NCBI GenBank assembly: GCA_001643675.2
Contig: LSRY02000025.1
Span: forward strand, 62,001-126,000
Origin: Monocercomonoides exilis PA203
Taxonomy: Eukaryota; Protista; Preaxostyla
DNA length: 64,000 bases
Reading direction: 5' to 3'
The first letter of the stretch is position 1; the number at the start of each line of letters is the position of its first letter. Shown one piece after another: positions 62,795 to 64,000 of the stretch. Both the position numbers and the translations under genes were made by a program. The notes under the pieces were generated by a model that did not search any database, had not been told where the DNA came from, and worked only from the letters and a program-made list of their open reading frames with translations.

Positions 62795-64000
62795 ATGCAA
62801 AACTTTTTGGACATAAACTCAAAACTGTTAAGAAAGAATCCTGCGTTAATGGTTCATGAAGATCCAGAAATTGAAGAGATGTTTGTGCAAGAAGAACAGA
62901 AACGGAGAATAAGAAAAGAAATGATGAAAAAGAAGACAATCGGTGAAAGAATAAAAGGATATCAGAAACCATTATATAATTACAAGAAAGTGTCTCGAGA
63001 ATTCAAGAACAAAACTGCTGATGAAACAGTTAATGAAACAGGACAGAACACTGGACATTATATTGATATTAGAAAAATTGATAATCTAGCTGTTGTCGAT
63101 ATCGACATCAATAAAGCAGTTGACGAAGAAAGAAAAGAGAGAATCAGACAATCAATTCTTTTGAGATTGCCAGAAAATGTCGGATTAGTGCAGACAGGAA
63201 ATGGTGGATTGCACATATACTGTGACAGAGATGAATATCCATTAAAGACTGATTCACAAACAAAAGTCTTCAAGTGTTCCGACTTTGAGATAGATGTGTT
63301 TGCTTGTGTTAATGGAAATCGACGATTTCTTGTTCAAGCTGATACAGAAATAATAAAGTACACTGAAGAAGAGAGCAAGAATGCAACAAAATATATTCCT
63401 GAGAAATTGACAAAGAAAGCAGAAGAAGAGAGTGATTTAACTAGTCGATATGATGATTCTGCAATCAATCAATTCATCGAACAAGCTGAGACCAGAATAC
63501 GTGAAAGAGTCAAAGGAGATTCTAAAGTGATAAAAAAATATATTGACTTGAATAACTACCTTGACAAATCGAATCTTTCATCACTGGAAGACATTCTCAA
63601 CATATTTGGTATTGATATTCGATATGATTCATCAAATGACGATACAAACAAACATCTAACAACTGATGGAATCAATTTAATGTCGAAAGAGTTTGCTGAA
63701 GTACTTGTCTGTGGATTCACAAATGTTTCAATACATAATTATTGTCATTTCAGTATTGATAAAGAATTATCGTTGTTCCCATTATTTTGTGCCGTTAACA
63801 GTCTCATTAATATTGAATCAGTACAAGATGAAGACATCGATGCATACTATCAAGAGATAAAAACAATAATTAATTTACAGCAAATGCTGATATGAATTGG
63901 GATCGAACATGAGAGAAATGTTCGAACAAGAAATCAACTCCTTATGCTTCACAAAAGATCGTCAAAATCTGGTGTCCAGAATTTTATCAAAACACTGTTG
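62795..64000 (+). CDS. Primase-helicase 1 (mirror copy, partial)
   Basis: VVDIDIN and TGNGGLHIY. Confidence 0.85.

Larger units (their letters stand above)
48996..64000 (-). repeat. Right arm of giant inverted duplication, continues beyond window
   Basis: Reverse complement of 22312-37305. Confidence 0.97.
53641..64000. mobile_element. Second, inverted and partial copy of the Polinton right half
   Basis: TIR at 53641-53841, then ATPase, pogo, MCP and primase. Confidence 0.92.

Overview
AT-rich eukaryotic DNA. The Cys-rich beta-helix and receptor-kinase-like gene families resemble those of the oxymonad Monocercomonoides; this host assignment is inference. The window is a nest of mobile elements. 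A DIRS-like retrotransposon fragment (about 1.8-2.8 kb) is interrupted by a decayed ~30-kb Polinton/Maverick-type endogenous virus (2811-32663, ~200-bp TIRs). It encodes a protein-primed PolB, an rve integrase, two phage tail-fibre-like proteins, KilA-N, an AEP primase-SF3 helicase, putative major and minor capsid proteins, an adenovirus pVI-like amphipathic protein and an A32-like packaging ATPase. Three insertions sit inside it: a ~1-kb MITE, a 6.9-kb GGG-ended cargo element with an ATAT target-site duplication (TSD) that splits polB, and a pogo DD35D transposon. A giant inverted duplication (22312-37305 vs 48996-64000, running off the window) is centred exactly on a second primase-helicase gene. 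That gene is split by a 9.5-kb Merlin (IS1595-like) transposon with ~750-bp TIRs carrying host gene fragments. The most unusual signal is that both primase-helicase genes are tightly bracketed by inverted repeats built from stacked blocks of short GG-containing iterons. This suggests an IR-bounded replication cassette or satellite replicon.
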